From positions 59,770,001 to 59,834,000 of the forward strand of contig NC_086097.1 of the NCBI RefSeq assembly GCF_963921235.1: a stretch of DNA of 64,000 bases, given 5' to 3'. Positions 11,071 to 24,355 of this stretch are shown one piece after another; positions within the stretch are counted from its first letter, which is position 1, and each line of letters starts with the position of its first letter. The position numbers and the translations under genes are program-made. This DNA comes from Mobula hypostoma. Taxonomy: Eukaryota. Below the pieces are notes generated by a model, which was given only the letters and a program-made list of their open reading frames with translations, was not told the origin of the DNA and ran no database searches.

Positions 11071-11778
11071 TTAACTAAAGCAAGCTAGACAAGAACCAGA
11101 AATGAGGGAAAATGTTTTGCATTTTGCTTTTAGTTAATATATGCATTTTTTCTGTGTACCTGCTCCTCTGTCATTGCATCTGCATTGCTGGTTCAGAAGA
11201 TGAACTAATACCTCTGTTTATTGATATAATGGTGCACCACCTTCTGGTTAATATGAAATGTTTCTACTGAGAAACAATTCTATTGTGCACAAACCTGTAA
11301 TGTTTTTATATTGGCCACTAATTCAATAATATGTTATAGTGTGCATGCTGGATATTTCACAAGAAAATGTGTGCAGGTTTTCTATTGTTCAAGTTTGGAT
11401 AGGCAAGCCTGTTTGAATTGCTAGTTTTTTAATGAGGGCATTTTTATCTCTGATGGTTTCCTTATATGTACTTATGCCTTGATATTTCATTTCTTTATAG
11501 CTTATTATACTTATCTTTTTGAACTCAATGTCTTTAATTAAATGGAATTTTCATTAAATTTGTGCTCAAGTGATATCAAAGTCTAAGTGGTTGTTGAGAG
11601 ATTCCTTTAATAATACAGCCATTTTACTTAAATTGATTGGTTGAGAAGACCTTTAACTCACATTCTTTTCCCGTCTTAGTTAAAATATAACAGTAAGATC
11701 ATCAATGATAAATCTTTTGCGTCATGTTTTAGATGTCAAAATGTAAAAACCTGGAAACTCTCCCAAGTACATTGAAGT

Positions 11779-11781
<3 letters not shown>

Positions 11782-11809
<28 letters not shown>

Positions 11810-11819
11810 CCCCCCCCCC
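11782..11819. repeat. (TC)n microsatellite followed by a C run
   Basis: Seen directly. Confidence 0.95.
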
Positions 11820-12331
11820 ATATTTGTGTAAATAGTAATGCATACTTCTATAAACTTCATCAATAAATTACTTGACAAGGCATTTTGCAGATAAAAAGAT
11901 TTTCTTAGCTGTGAATAATTGGATGCTGCATTTGATCAGCTGAAAGATACAGTGCATCATTTTTTTCCCTTTTTTAAGATGACCTAATATCTAACAATCA
12001 ATTTTATTGTGCACTTTGAGGAAACTTCTGCCAATGTAATATTCTTGTTATCTTCTACTCTATCTGCTTAATTATTATTTAACCTAGAACATGTATACAA
12101 CTGCTTGATATTTTTGAAACTTTATTTGTCTATCTTTTTGATCTTGCTGCTTCTGATACTGACTCATCTTCTCCCTAATGTTTTCATTTCTGTTCTATTA
12201 AACATGAGCAGTGAACTGCTTGAAGCCTGAAGCTTTCTGTCACTTCCATCATCAAGCAGCTTCAGGTACTTTCTTCATAGATCACACGTGAGCTGTAAAC
12301 TGACCCGTTTGTTATTTCGGAGCATTTTGAC

Positions 12332-12386
12332 ATGGAAACTTTTGTATGCTACCTGGCTTATTACAAGTCCATCCAGTTTGTGCAGG
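12332..12386 (+). CDS. Candidate short first coding exon (METFVCYLAYYKSIQFVQ, phase 1)
   Basis: GACATGG start context, open frame and a consensus donor G|GTGAGT in non-repetitive sequence. No homology recognised. Confidence 0.3.
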
Positions 12387-13037
12387 GTGAGTGCAAACTT
12401 TGTAGTGAATAACTTAATTCAACCTTGTCTTATTTGTGTTTTGAATACTTTACTGAGAAGATTTTAAATCTACTGACTTGAAATGTACTTATTTTGTATG
12501 TTTTCATGTGACTCATCTCACAATGTTTATAGTTTCCATGAATATCAACATTATTCACTTTTTTGACCAATAATGTCAATATTTTAACTGAGGGAAAATT
12601 TGGTGATGAGAAAGATCCTAAACCAACCATTGAATTGCATGACATGGGCATTACTTAATTAGTATGTAGAAATTAATAATTCAATATTTATTATTCAGAA
12701 TGTGAACTTTCATTAGAAATTCCATGAAATGTGGGAGGATAATAATAATTCAAATGGATGCTGGTATTATGCATTTCTGATACATGCACATTGCTTAGAT
12801 GAGAAGTATCTTTAAAAAAATCAAGGGATCTATTTGTATATGCTAACATGTAGCTTTTCTTTTAAAACATGCTTAAAATCTTTTAAGAAATCTAGGGATT
12901 TTTCCTATTTTTTTAATGTTCGATTTCTGTTCCATTTGTATCCCAAGCTGTAACTGTGTTATGGGAGGTGTAGAAATGACTTATTCAATATTAAGCTGTC
13001 AGGATTTCTCATCTTTGATATAAATACTAATGAATTA

Positions 13038-13860
13038 AAATTCAAGTTCAAGTTTAAATATCATTCAAATATAGATGAATGTAGCCAAACAAAACAGTTT
13101 TCCTCCAGGGCCAAGGTGCAAAACATTACCAATAGCACAGAGCACAGTGCACATAGCGCGTAGCATATAAAGCATATAAGGGCATGATTCCAGAAAGAAA
13201 ACATACAGTCACAAAACAAAACAAAAATAGCACAATCCCTGGGTGGCATGACTGTAGATTGTCCTGGTCCAGCTTGTTCTTCCACCAAGTGAACACCGAG
13301 GGCAGCACTGAGTAAACACTGGAGAGAGAACCGATGGGAATGTCCAGCTCCCCAAACTAGTATGGATTCCAGCGCAATCAGCAGAGACTCCTGCTCTCTC
13401 CCATATCGCTTCAACTCTCTTCCCCGGGCGATTGTAACAGGCCATTGCTTCCAAGGCAACCATGCGGCCTAGGCGTAGTCTTTGTCACAACTGAGGCAAT
13501 GCTGTTCCCCTGCTGTCAGTCTCACCAATGAACCAGTGAACTGGACTTGCAATATTCTACATTACTAACGTCCAGCAGGGTCTTGCAATCACAATAAATA
13601 TTTTCAAGGCAATCAATCACTCCATTTTTTGGATTGCACACTGTCTCAGCAAAATGGTACAGAACAAGTCCAGGTGATAACACAATAGTATGCAATAAGA
13701 CCAGATCCACTGCTAATGATCAACTCGTCGATTAGATAGTCCTGCAGCACCTGATGTTTTTAGTATGGCACAATAGTCGTAAAAGATGTACAAGATGAAC
13801 AAATGTACCTTTGATCAGAGCTGGAGAGGCTGCTACGTCTGAGTGCACTGCCATCTTGTC
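13038..13860 (-). mobile_element. Non-autonomous non-LTR element with Rex1-like (CTTGAA)n tail
   Basis: The minus strand begins AAGATGGCAG and ends in CTTGAA repeats; no ORF. Same layout as 27220-28210. Confidence 0.55.
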
Positions 13861-14414
13861 AAACTGGGTGTAAATAGAACTTCCTTCTGATTTAGTCCAC
13901 TTAGTGCCTAATCTAAATTCTTCAGCTTCCTGCAGTATTGCATCCTGATCTTCCTCAGAATTATCCAGATTTCAACACAGCCATTCTCCAACCATGGCCA
14001 AAAAAGATGCAGTCGAGAGGTAAGGTGAGAGGTGCTGCTCACTACAATAATCTCTTGACCAAATGGAGCATCAGGGAGTCCTGGCAGAAGAGAAATTTAG
14101 AAAAGCATCATCCATGGCTGGAGCCACATCTGCCGCAAAACACAAGTTTGTAGATTTTGAAGATCAGTTGTCCCAGTTCCAGGACATTATTAAAAGAATC
14201 TGTCAGGTATTTCTCAGAGCCGGAAGCTAGGCTCAGCTACCTTCATCTGCTTTAATCAGCTTCCTTCCATCACAAGGTCAGAGGTCATTCCCCACACTAA
14301 AGTTTGCAGGGTATCTAATTGAATTTGTAACTTCTTGGCAAATGTAGAAGCTGAAATCTACAGGTAACAATGCCTAGACAACATTCTGACATGGGCTAAT
14401 AAATTGGTTAATAA

Positions 14415-16530
14415 CTGTCATATGTACCAAAGTACAGAGAAAAGCTTGACTTGCATATCATTCATGCAAATCAATTCATTACAAGAATGTATTGAGGCAG
14501 GGCAAGGAAAAACAATAACAAAATGCAGATTAAAGTATTATAGTTACACAGAATGTGCCGTGTAGGTAGACAATAAGGCACGGGTCATTACGAGAGAGAT
14601 TTAAGATCAAAAGTCCATCTTATCGTACCAGGGTACATTTCAATAGCTTTATAACAGTGGGATTGAAGCTGCCCCTGAGCCCAGGGTATAATCATTCAAG
14701 CTTTTAAATGGGTGGGCATGGAGAAGAGAGAATTATTGGTTGGAAAGGGCCTTGATTATGCTGCTGCTTTATTAAGGCAATATTGGTGCAGCCAAAGCTC
14801 GTGGAGGGGAGGCTGATTTCTGCGATATCCACAACTCTCTGTAGTTTCTTGCAGTCATGGGCAGAGCGGTTGCTATACCATGCTGTGATGCAAACTGATA
14901 GTGTTACGGTGCAATCAATAAAAAGTAGTGTGGGTCAAAAGGGTCAACCCAAATGTCCTTAGATTCTTGAGGAAGTAGAGGTACCAATGAGCTTTCTTGT
15001 CTATGGTGTCAACATGGCTGGTCCACGGCAGGCTATTGATGATGCTCAGTCCTAGGAGTTTGAAGCTCTCGAACCTCTCGACCTCAACACTGTTGATGTA
15101 AACAGGATGAGTATGTGCTCTGCCTATCTCACGGAAATCACTGGCTAGCTCATTTATTTTGCAGACATTGAGGGAAAGATTGGTGTAATGCACCATGTCA
15201 CTGGATGAATGAATGGATAAGGCCTCCACTGGTCAGAGTCCACCATGGATATTGGGTCCTACCTGTCTAGATATGGAGAGTAAGCTGTTGCTCAGGTAGC
15301 AAGCCCCCCATCTCCATGTATCTGATGAACCCAAAGGAATGACAGAGGCCGACACAGTTTGGCACCAGCAGAGTCGCGGGAGTTGCCAGTCCGTATTGAA
15401 CTCAACGTTGGACTGCTTTAGGGAATCCAGCTTTGGATTTTTCCCTCGGTGTTTATTCCTGAAGCCTTTCCATGAGTCAGTATAGTCACAAGGCAGAGGA
15501 GGTTTGAAATCAGAGCTTTCCTTCTTCTAGATGAGTTGCAAAACACGGCCATGCTCCCTATGCTCGAAGCGACTGGCTTTAAGGCGCCAGTAACCTACCC
15601 TTGGCCCTTCTTCTGTCAGTAGAAATGGTTCTGCCGGGCTTCGTAGCTAAGCCACAAGTGAAGGCCAGGAGCTGGACTTGGTTGTCAGAGGCTGTTTGAG
15701 TCGCATGCCATTGGGAGCATTTAATAGGTAGTGGGGCTTGTTCCTACTACCACTACAGCCTAGAACAACCTTACGAAGCTAAGCCACTATGTTCTCTGTA
15801 GCCCTCACGTACTCTGACATTGAGCTATGGCCCACTATAGTGGTATCATCTGCAAATTTGATGGCGGACATAGAGCAGAATCTAGCCACACGATCATGAG
15901 TGTTGAAGGAGTAGATTGGGGGGCTGAGGACACATCCTTCTGGGCCACTAAATTTGAGAAAAGTCACAGTGGAGCTATTGCTGGAAATCCTTATTGAATG
16001 TGATCTGTTGGTCAGAATTTCAAAAGGAAGTGTTAAGTCCCCGGGTCTAGCAATTTGAAGATGAGCTTGCTTAGAATTATATTATTAAATGCAGAGCTAT
16101 AGTCTAATGTAGTGGTGTAGTGGTGTCTTTATTATCTCCAGAGATGGGGGAGGTGACACCCAGTGCAGACCTGTTTTAGCAGAAGGCTAATTACAGTGGG
16201 TCAAGACTGTCTGGGAATCTGGAGGTAATGCATGTCACAACCATCCCCTCAAAGCATTTTCTGATGGTGCACAATTTAGCCACTGGGAGGAAGTCACTAA
16301 GGCACATTACTTGTTTGTTCTTAGTTACTGGCATGATAGTGGTCTTCTTCGTGCAGGCAGAAACCTCAGATTGAAGCAGGGAGTGGTTAAAAATGCCTGC
16401 AACTACCTCCACCAACTTATCTGTGCAAGGTCTAAGAACATAGCCACGGACACCATCTTGGCCAAATGCTTTCCGCAGTTTCATTCTCTGAAAGACTTCA
16501 GAAAGGTCATAAGTCATTTTTGTTTACTGC
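14415..16530 (-). mobile_element. Rex1/Babar-type LINE (RT remnant)
   Basis: KAFGQDGV...IFNHSL, GPEGCVLSP...KFADDTTIVG and VERFESFKLLG in ORFs 16191, 15779 and 14915. Confidence 0.88.
15203..15775 (-). mobile_element. Non-autonomous RTE-type short element nested in Rex1
   Basis: GC-richer non-coding insert interrupting Rex1, with an RTE 5'UTR-like motif (AGAAGGAAAGCTCTGATTTCAAACC) and an (ATTC)n tail on the minus strand. Confidence 0.6.
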
Positions 16531-18044
16531 AGTGAATAACTCAGCTCCTTAAACCTTAAAAACTCCCCACCCTCTACAAAGCACATCCAGAGAAGGTGCA
16601 ATAGTCTCCATTTGCATGGTATGTGTAGCTCCAGCACTAAAGAAGCTCAACATCTTAAGGAAAAACAATGTAATAGGCACCATATCTACCTGCCTTCATT
16701 CCACTCACCTCTCCAGTACCATTTATATAAAAATTTATTCACCTTGGCTTCTCCAATGCATCTTTCAAAAGTGTAATTTCTGCCACCAAGAAAGACGAAG
16801 GCAGCAGACATCTGGCACTGCCCTAGATTTCACTTCAAACTGCACAGAATCTTTGCATATATATCAGCATTCACATTTTCTCACTGGTTCAGTGACTTGG
16901 GACACCCCACCCAAAGGGCTGTGGGACTTTTTTCACAAGTAGGACTGCAGTAAGTGAGAAGGCAACTCACTATCATATTGTAAGGTAATTAAGAATGGTG
17001 ATTAAATGAATGATGGCCTTACCAGCAATATCGACATCTGATAAATGAAAAATAAAATGAATCATGAAATGTAGGCACAACAGGTAAACAAAACAAATTG
17101 TAAGTATATCACTGAGTTTTTCAAAAATTAAGCAAAACCTCATTTGACAAAGATAAATGGTAAATAGTAGAAAATCAGAATGACTAATGATTGTTCGTGT
17201 AGTGACCAGACATGAATAAAAAGCTGCTTTGTTTCTTTGATGTGTTGTTTCTCAACAATCTCCTTAAAAAAATCAGATTTGTAAGTGACAGAGTGAATTA
17301 TTAACAACTTCAGGTTCATGAACAGAATTCAACATAATCATGATGGGAGAAGAGGCTATTGGGAAAAAAAATAGAAGGATTAATCAAAAAGGGAAAAAAA
17401 AAACAGAATTTAGGAAAGTAAAAGAATATCCCAGTGAAAAGAAAATCACATTGAGGAATTTCTTGGAGGCCCTCTCAGCTAAGTTAAAATTAACAGCCTA
17501 AGCACAGCTTTACATACACTTGTGAGAATATGCATACCTGCACAATACTGTCTGCAAACCAGAGTTAGCTTTGTGACCAGACAGTATAAATGAGTTAATA
17601 CTCATCTTAGTTCAGTCATTATAGTATTATCAATATCTTAATTTAAACTTTTATTTAACAAAACAACATAGAAAATGATTTGGCAGCAAAGTGCTTATTT
17701 CACTTGAGGGATGATTTTCGGGTAGTATATTCATCTGGCAGGGTGAATAATCCATCTGCTCAGTAGCTCTAGCTGGGTGACAAATCTTGTCCATGCTCAG
17801 TTTTCATCCACATATAAGTTTTTGCATTTTCCAGAGAATACTGACAATTGGACCACCAATTAAGAAATCAGAAATCTGGTTGCTCCTGAACTGCAAGGGG
17901 AGCGAAGTCAATTTGATGGAGGAATAAAACTGAGCAACTTGGAATGGGTGGGTGGAGGTCTGTGAGGCCAAATTTATTTTCCATGCCCTTGCTAATCAAC
18001 ATCATTGCTGGTTAATTGTCATTTATGGAGCAGAATGGAGAAAG

Positions 18045-18330
18045 GATTTTTGAAGATTGAGAGGAGATAGATAGAGTATAAATAGGGTAAATACAAGCAT
18101 GCTCTTTCCGCTCAGGTTGGGTGGGACTACAACTGGATGTTATGTGATATGGTTTAAAGATGAAAAGTTTAAGTGGAACATAAGGAAAAACTGTTTAAGA
18201 GAAGATTGGATCGGCACATGGATGATAGGGTTATGGTCCCAGTGCAGTTTGATGGGACTAGGCAGTTTAAATGGTTCAGTATGGACTAGATGGGCTGAAG
18301 GACCAGCTTCTCTGCTGTAATTTTCTATGA
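18045..18330 (+). mobile_element. CR1 3' end fragment
   Basis: Terminal motif GGGCTGAAGGACC...TCTGCTGTAATTTTCTATG. Confidence 0.75.
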
Positions 18331-18649
18331 CTGAACAAAACCAAATCTGATATTTCACATTATGCTATGATATTGCAAATGACATAATAGTTCAATTTCC
18401 ATTTCCCAGCAGCTTTTTTCAGCAACTTATGTCAAGCCCTTTTAGATTGTAGGATGGATCAACCTCATTTTGCAATGTGTGTTGCCACTTTTTAATTTCC
18501 TAATGGTCTTACTTTTACTGTAATTAGTAAAATTAATCGTAAACACATAATCTCCCCACTTAGCACTATATCTACAACTCTGCAATATCATCTAAATCAT
18601 CTTTGTTTCCAGTAAAGTTGAACCAACTTTTGCCACTGATAAAATCTGA

Positions 18650-18815
18650 TTCAAAGTTCAAAGCTCAAAGTAAATTTATTATCAAAGTACGTACATGTCA
18701 CCATATACAACCCTGAGATTCATTTCCTTGTAGGCAATGACAGTAAATACAAGAAACACGATAGAATCAATGAAAGACCACATCCAACAAGACAGACAAC
18801 AACCAACGTGCAATA
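18650..18815 (-). mobile_element. Rex1-type 3' UTR fragment
   Basis: TTCAAAG tail repeats; similar to 9670-9870. Confidence 0.6.
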
Positions 18816-19848
18816 AAAAAAAATTCACTGTGGAAGATTCTAGCAGTATGCCAGAAATTCAAGAGTATCAGAGGGCAGAAGTGAGTGTGGTTGCTATTAC
18901 CAACGAGAAGCTGAAAAATCTGAAGGTAGATAAGTCATCTGGACCAGATGGACAACACCCCAGGTTTCTGAAAGAAGTGGCTGAAGAAATTGTGGAGGAA
19001 TTGTCATGATCTTTCAAGCATCACTAGATTCTAGAACTATTCCGGAGGACTGGAAGTTTGCAAATGTCTCTGCACTCTCAGTCGTCAATCAGAAGATGTT
19101 GTAGTCCATTATTAATGATGAGTGTTCAGGGTACTTGGAAGCATGCGATAATGTAGGCCAAAGTCAAAAGGGCTTCCTTAAGGGAAAAACTTGCCTAACA
19201 AATCTATTGGAATTCTTTGAGGAAATAACAGGCAAGATAGAGAAAGAAGAGTAAGCAGATACTGTTTACTTAGATTTTCAGAAGGCCTTTGACAAGCTAC
19301 CACACAAGGCCGCTTAACAAGGTAAGAGCCCATGGTGTTCCAGGAAAGATACTGGCATGGATAGAAGATTGGCTGACCGTTCGGGGGCAAAGAGGGGCCT
19401 TTTCTGGTTGGCTGCCAGTGGCTAGTGGTATTCAGCAAGGGTCACTGTCAATGATTTGGATGACAGAATTGATGGCTTTGTGACTAAGTTTGCAGATGAT
19501 AGGAGGAGGGGCAGGTATTGTTTAGGAAACAGGGAGTCTGCTGAATGACCTAGACAGTTTAAAAGAATGAGCAAATAATTTGCAGGTGTATATAGTGTCA
19601 GGAAGTGTATGGTCATGTACTTTGATAAATAAATAATGGCATAGAATATTAAACAGGGAAAAAATTCAAAAAATCTAAGGTGCAAAGGGACTTGGGGGTC
19701 TTGTGATAAAGGTTAACTTGAAGTTTGAATTGGTGATCAGGAAAGTAAATGCAACGTTAGCATTAATTTCAAGAGGACTAGAATATAAGAACAGGGATGT
19801 AATGCTGAGGCTTTATAAGGCACTAGTGAAACCACACTTGGAGTAATA

Positions 19849-19980
19849 TGCAAACAAGAGGAAATCTGCAGAAGTTGGAATTTCAAGCAACACGTGTAAA
19901 AGTTGCTGGTGAACGCAGCAGGCCAGGCAGCATCTCTAGGAAGAAGTACAGTTGACGTTTTGGGCCGAGACCCTTCATGA
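19849..19980 (-). mobile_element. Penelope-like terminal fragment with truncated hammerhead
   Basis: Reverse complement of the PLE terminus at 41760-41846; interrupts CR1. Confidence 0.85.
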
Positions 19981-20334
19981 GCAGTTTTGGGCCCCTTATC
20001 AAAGATACTATGTGCTAGCATTGCAGAGGGTCAAGAGGAGGTTCATGACAATGATTCTGAGAATGAAAGAGTTTTCATATAAGTCGTATTTGATGGCGCT
20101 GGGCCTGTACTTACTGGAGTTTAGAAAAATGAAGGGGGGATCTAATTGAAACCTATCATATGTGGAGAGGTTTTGATACAGTGAATGTGGGAAGGATGTT
20201 TTCTATAGTGGGTGAGCCTGGGAACAGAGTGCACAGCTTCAGAATAGAGGGACTTCCAGTTAAAGCAGAGATGAGGGGGAATTTCTTGAGCTAGGGAATA
20301 GTGAATCTAGGAAATCATTGCCACAGATGGCTTT

Positions 20335-21118
20335 GGTGGAAGAAATAAACGGGCAGACTATTATTTAGATGGGGAGAGAATTCAAAATGCAGAGATGCAA
20401 ATGGACTTGGGAGTCCTTGTGCAAGATACCCTAAAGATTAACCTCCAGGTTGAGTCGGTTGTGAAGAAGGCGAATGTAATGTTGGCATTCATTTGTAGAG
20501 GTATAGAATATAAGAGCAGGGATGTGATGTTGAGGCTCTATAAGGCACTCGTGAGACCACACTTGGAGTATTGTGTGCGGTTTTGGGCTCCTTATTTTAG
20601 AAAGGATATACTGACATTGGAGAGGGTTCAGTAAAGATTCACAAGAATGATTCCAGGAATGAAAGGGTTACCGTATGAGGGACTTCTGGCAGCTCTTGGG
20701 CTGTATTCCCTGGAGTTCAGGAGAATAAAGGGCGATCTCATAGAAACATTCCTAATGTTAAAACGCCTGAACAGGTTAGATATGGCAAAGTTATTTCCCA
20801 TGATAGGGGATTCAAGGACTAGAGGGCACGATTTCAGCATTGAAGGACGTCTTTTTAGAACTGAGATGCAGAGAAATTTCTTTAGTCAGAGAGTGGTAAA
20901 TCTGTGGAATTTGTTGCCACGAGCGGCTGTGGAGGCCAAGTCACTGGGTGTATTTAAGGCAGAGATAGATAGGTTCTTGATTAGCCAGAGCATCAAAGGG
21001 TATAGGGTGAAGGTGGGGGGGGGGAGGGGTGACTGGAAGAATTGGATCAGCCCATGATTGAATGGTGAAGCAGACTCGATGGGCTGAATGGCCTACTTCT
21101 GCTGCTATATCTTATGGC
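20335..21118 (+). mobile_element. Younger CR1 3' fragment nested in CR1
   Basis: ORFs 20395-20634 and 20647-21057 (LYKALVRPHLEYC, FFSQRVVNLWN) with their own tail; the host CR1 resumes at about 21119. Confidence 0.9.
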
Positions 21119-21805
21119 TATGGAGGCCAAGTCATTGAGTATATTTAAAACAAAGGTTGATAGTTTCTTGATTAGTCAGGACGTCAAAGGTCATAGGCAG
21201 AAGGCAGGAGAATGGAATTGAGGGAGATAATAAATCAGCTATGATGGAATGGTGGAGCAGACTTGAGGGGCCGAATAGCCTAATTCTTCTCTTACGTCTA
21301 ATGGTCTTATGATTGGGTAGCATACTCATCTGAAAGAGTGACTATGCCATCTACCCAATAGCACCAGTCTGGTGCAAATCTTGCACTAACCCAATTTCTG
21401 TTCACGTACAGTAAGTTTTGCCAATTTCCAGAGAACTTTGACAGTTGGAGCACCGATCAACAAATCCGAAGTCTAGTTGTTTCACTGTGGATCTGAACTG
21501 TATGGGTCAGTGGCTGATTATTTAACGTGTTCATTCAGAGAAAGAGAAACTACAGAGAGGCAGACTGATTGGAACCTAGGTTTCCTTCCCCTACCGCATT
21601 GGGAAGGTTGCTTTCAAAGGTTCCCCCAAAGTCAGCTTCATCAGAAATGACTGATAGTGCACTTTCCACATTGCAATTCAATTCGCTAATGCAGGAAAAC
21701 ATTTCTGGAAGATCAGAGCAGGAGTATAATACCCCTGTTCCAGCTGTTCCAGCAAACTGTTCCAACAACTACCATCTGGGAAATAGTACCATAGATTAAA
21801 GCCAG

Positions 21806-22037
21806 GGTCAACAGGCTCTGGGACAGCTTCTTCCACCAGGCCATCAGACTGATTAATCCACGCTGATACAATTGTATTTCTATGCTATATTGACTGTCCT
21901 GTTATACATACTATTTATTATGAATTATTATAAATTACTATAAATTGCATATTGCATATTCAGACAGAGACATAATGTAAAACTTTTTACTCCTTAGTAT
22001 GTGAAGGATATAAGAAATAAAGGCAATTCAATTCAAT
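21806..22037 (+). mobile_element. Rex1-type LINE 3' end
   Basis: NRLWDSFFHQAIRLIN terminal motif, AATAAA and an (ATTCA)n tail. Confidence 0.75.
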
Positions 22038-22209
22038 GCCCCCACCATCAGCAAGCCAGGACAGCAATAACTCCACAATGCTGGTCAGCAGTCAGTGGAG
22101 AAGACAGTCATCAAATTTTGATGGCTCCAACAAAAGAAATGTAGACAACTGTCATGTGTCCCTTAGGAGCTAAGGAGCTATGTTCACAGATAGTTGCTTT
22201 AAAAGGGCA

Positions 22210-22625
22210 GGTAATGAGGTTATCGATTTCTCCTTCTGGTAAAAGTTTTTCCCTCCACCCCACTTCTATTCTCAACTCTGGGCTCTTAACTCTTCTCCCC
22301 TGCCTATCACATCTTTCCTGGATCTCCTGCTCCTTCCCTTTCTCCTATGGTCCACTCTCCTCTCCTATCAGATTCCTTCCTCTCCAGCCTTTTATCTTTC
22401 CTACCCACCTGGCATCACCTATCACCTTCCAGCTATCCTCCTTCCCCTTTCCCCCACCTTTTCATTCTGTCATCTTCCACGTCCCTTCTAGTCCTGAAGA
22501 AGGGTCTCAGCCTGCTAAGTTGACTGTTTACTCATTTTCATCGATGCTGCCTGACTTGCTGAATTCCTCCAGCATTTTGTGTGCATTGCTTTCTAATTCC
22601 AGCATCTGCAGATTTTCTCGTGGTT
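22210..22625 (+). mobile_element. Penelope-like 3' terminal repeat, decayed hammerhead
   Basis: C/T-rich tract, then CCTGAAGAAGGGTCTCAGCCTG...GATGCTGCCTGA...CCAGCATCTGCAG. Confidence 0.85.
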
Positions 22626-24355
22626 TTAAGGTAAATCATTGCTCATTTCCAGTGGTGCTATTCCAAGGGGAGGAGAAATATTTGTGCATGAAACTTTCCA
22701 GCATGTGTGAAAATGTCATCAATGCCTGCAGGCCATGTCTGGAGTAGCTTATTACCTCTGTCAGTGTGGCATCTGATCTCCATCTCTGAGGTGTGCTTAT
22801 TAGTATTCCACCAAGGTGCATTTCACATTCTGTATCTGTAAGCTTATAAAGGCCAACAACCTCAGGGAAAGCTACGTGTCCATTGCAGTGCCTGATATCA
22901 GGGGACGTTTTTTGTAAGCAGTGGCTAAATTTGTAATCCTTGCTTAAGTAGATAAAATATTACCACTCTGGTTAATTCACTTCATCGTTGGCAATGAAGG
23001 TTTCTGCAACCAGATGGGTCATCTGTCACCTGGTTTCAAATGCAATGTGAATGCTTATTAAAACTGCATTGCACAGTTTCTCAATTATTATTTACTTCAT
23101 AGCAATTCTCAGTATTTCTCCAACTACCCACCACCACCTTCCCCATTGACAACTTCATTCTCCCTCAGGTAACAGACCAAAAAAAATTGTTAATTTGTGC
23201 CAAACAATATTAGTCAACAGAATAGCTGATCAGAGAGATAAGACAAGTACTTCCATTGGTGCTTGCCTTGCCTCGGCTCCATGATGAGGACAAGATGATG
23301 CTCCTTTCACTGTGGTGGTTGTAAATCAACTCTATGGTGATCACATCTGATGAACCGTCAATCCTGTCAACACTGAAGCCTCTACTGAAAGTATAAGGTA
23401 TTACTATTACTGTTATGCTACAGCAAATACCATTTAGTTTTTCTTGTTTTATTCTATCTGTGTATCTTTTTACAACCCTTGTGACAAAGTACTTTGCATT
23501 TCAGTTGAAACGATGAAGGGTTGAAAATGAGTTGCTATGTAATTTTCTCTGTGAATGGTTTTAGCCAACCATTAGTAATATAACAGCAGTCCTTTATATC
23601 TGAGAGAAGAGATGATGCTTTAGCTGTCATTGAAAAATTCATTGATCCAGATATAATTTATTTTTCTCAGTTATTCCAGGGTTTTACTTTTACTGATCAC
23701 CTCAAATTCACCATTTACACTCCTTTGCCTTGTCAATGTCTCCTCTGTACCTTGTACCTTTGAAGCATTATCCAACAGTTACTGTTCCTGTAAAGGAATG
23801 TTCTAGATAAGTAGTACCCAATATCATTTTTAATAATTTGCAATATATTAGGCCTAAATATTCAGTTACTTCCAGTCTTTTCTTTCATATTGATGAACAC
23901 CAATAAAAATGAAAAGAAAAAAAGAGGAAATTCTGTTGAAGTCAGCTTAAATTACCTGTTCCTACCTTTTTTTACCAAATCAGCAACCCCTTTTTTGATA
24001 GGGTGACTTTCATGCTTTAGCCCTCTAAGCAGAGGACAGAATGTGGACTCCAGTCTCAACAGTTCATTGCTCCACTGCTGAGATTAATGATGAGGCCTGC
24101 CACTTGTGACTAGTCACGGAATCAAGTCTTGCGTCGGGAAATGACTCTGTGCTAAAAGATCAACAAAAACCTATTCAATAGCGGAGCAAAGACAAGACAG
24201 TGAAAGACTTCTCCTGCTTAAATTCTTTCTCTGCTGGTAGCTTCTGACCCCCAACATCTCATTCTTCCACATTTCAGCATGAGAGGGCAGAAGCCTGAGG
24301 TGTGATGAGGCATGGATGCAGGTTAGTTTAGTGAAAGGATGAAAACTCATAATCT

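Larger units (their letters stand above)
13950..17060 (+). mobile_element. Old CR1/L2-type LINE remnant in two pieces (13950-14415 and 16530-17060)
   Basis: RT-like remnants on the left and a typical 3' tail (GGTAATTAAGAATGG...GGCCTTACCAGCAAT...ACATC...ATGAAAAATAAAA) on the right, split by a Rex1 insertion. Confidence 0.5.
18822..21315 (+). mobile_element. 5'-truncated CR1 LINE with nested insertions
   Basis: LKVDKSSGPDG, LDFQKAFDK and KFADD remnants, with a 3' tail at 21240-21315. Confidence 0.9.

Noticed and set aside
22154..22747. 197-aa ORF rich in S/P/F/L
   Set aside because: Comes from the pyrimidine-rich PLE terminal repeat.
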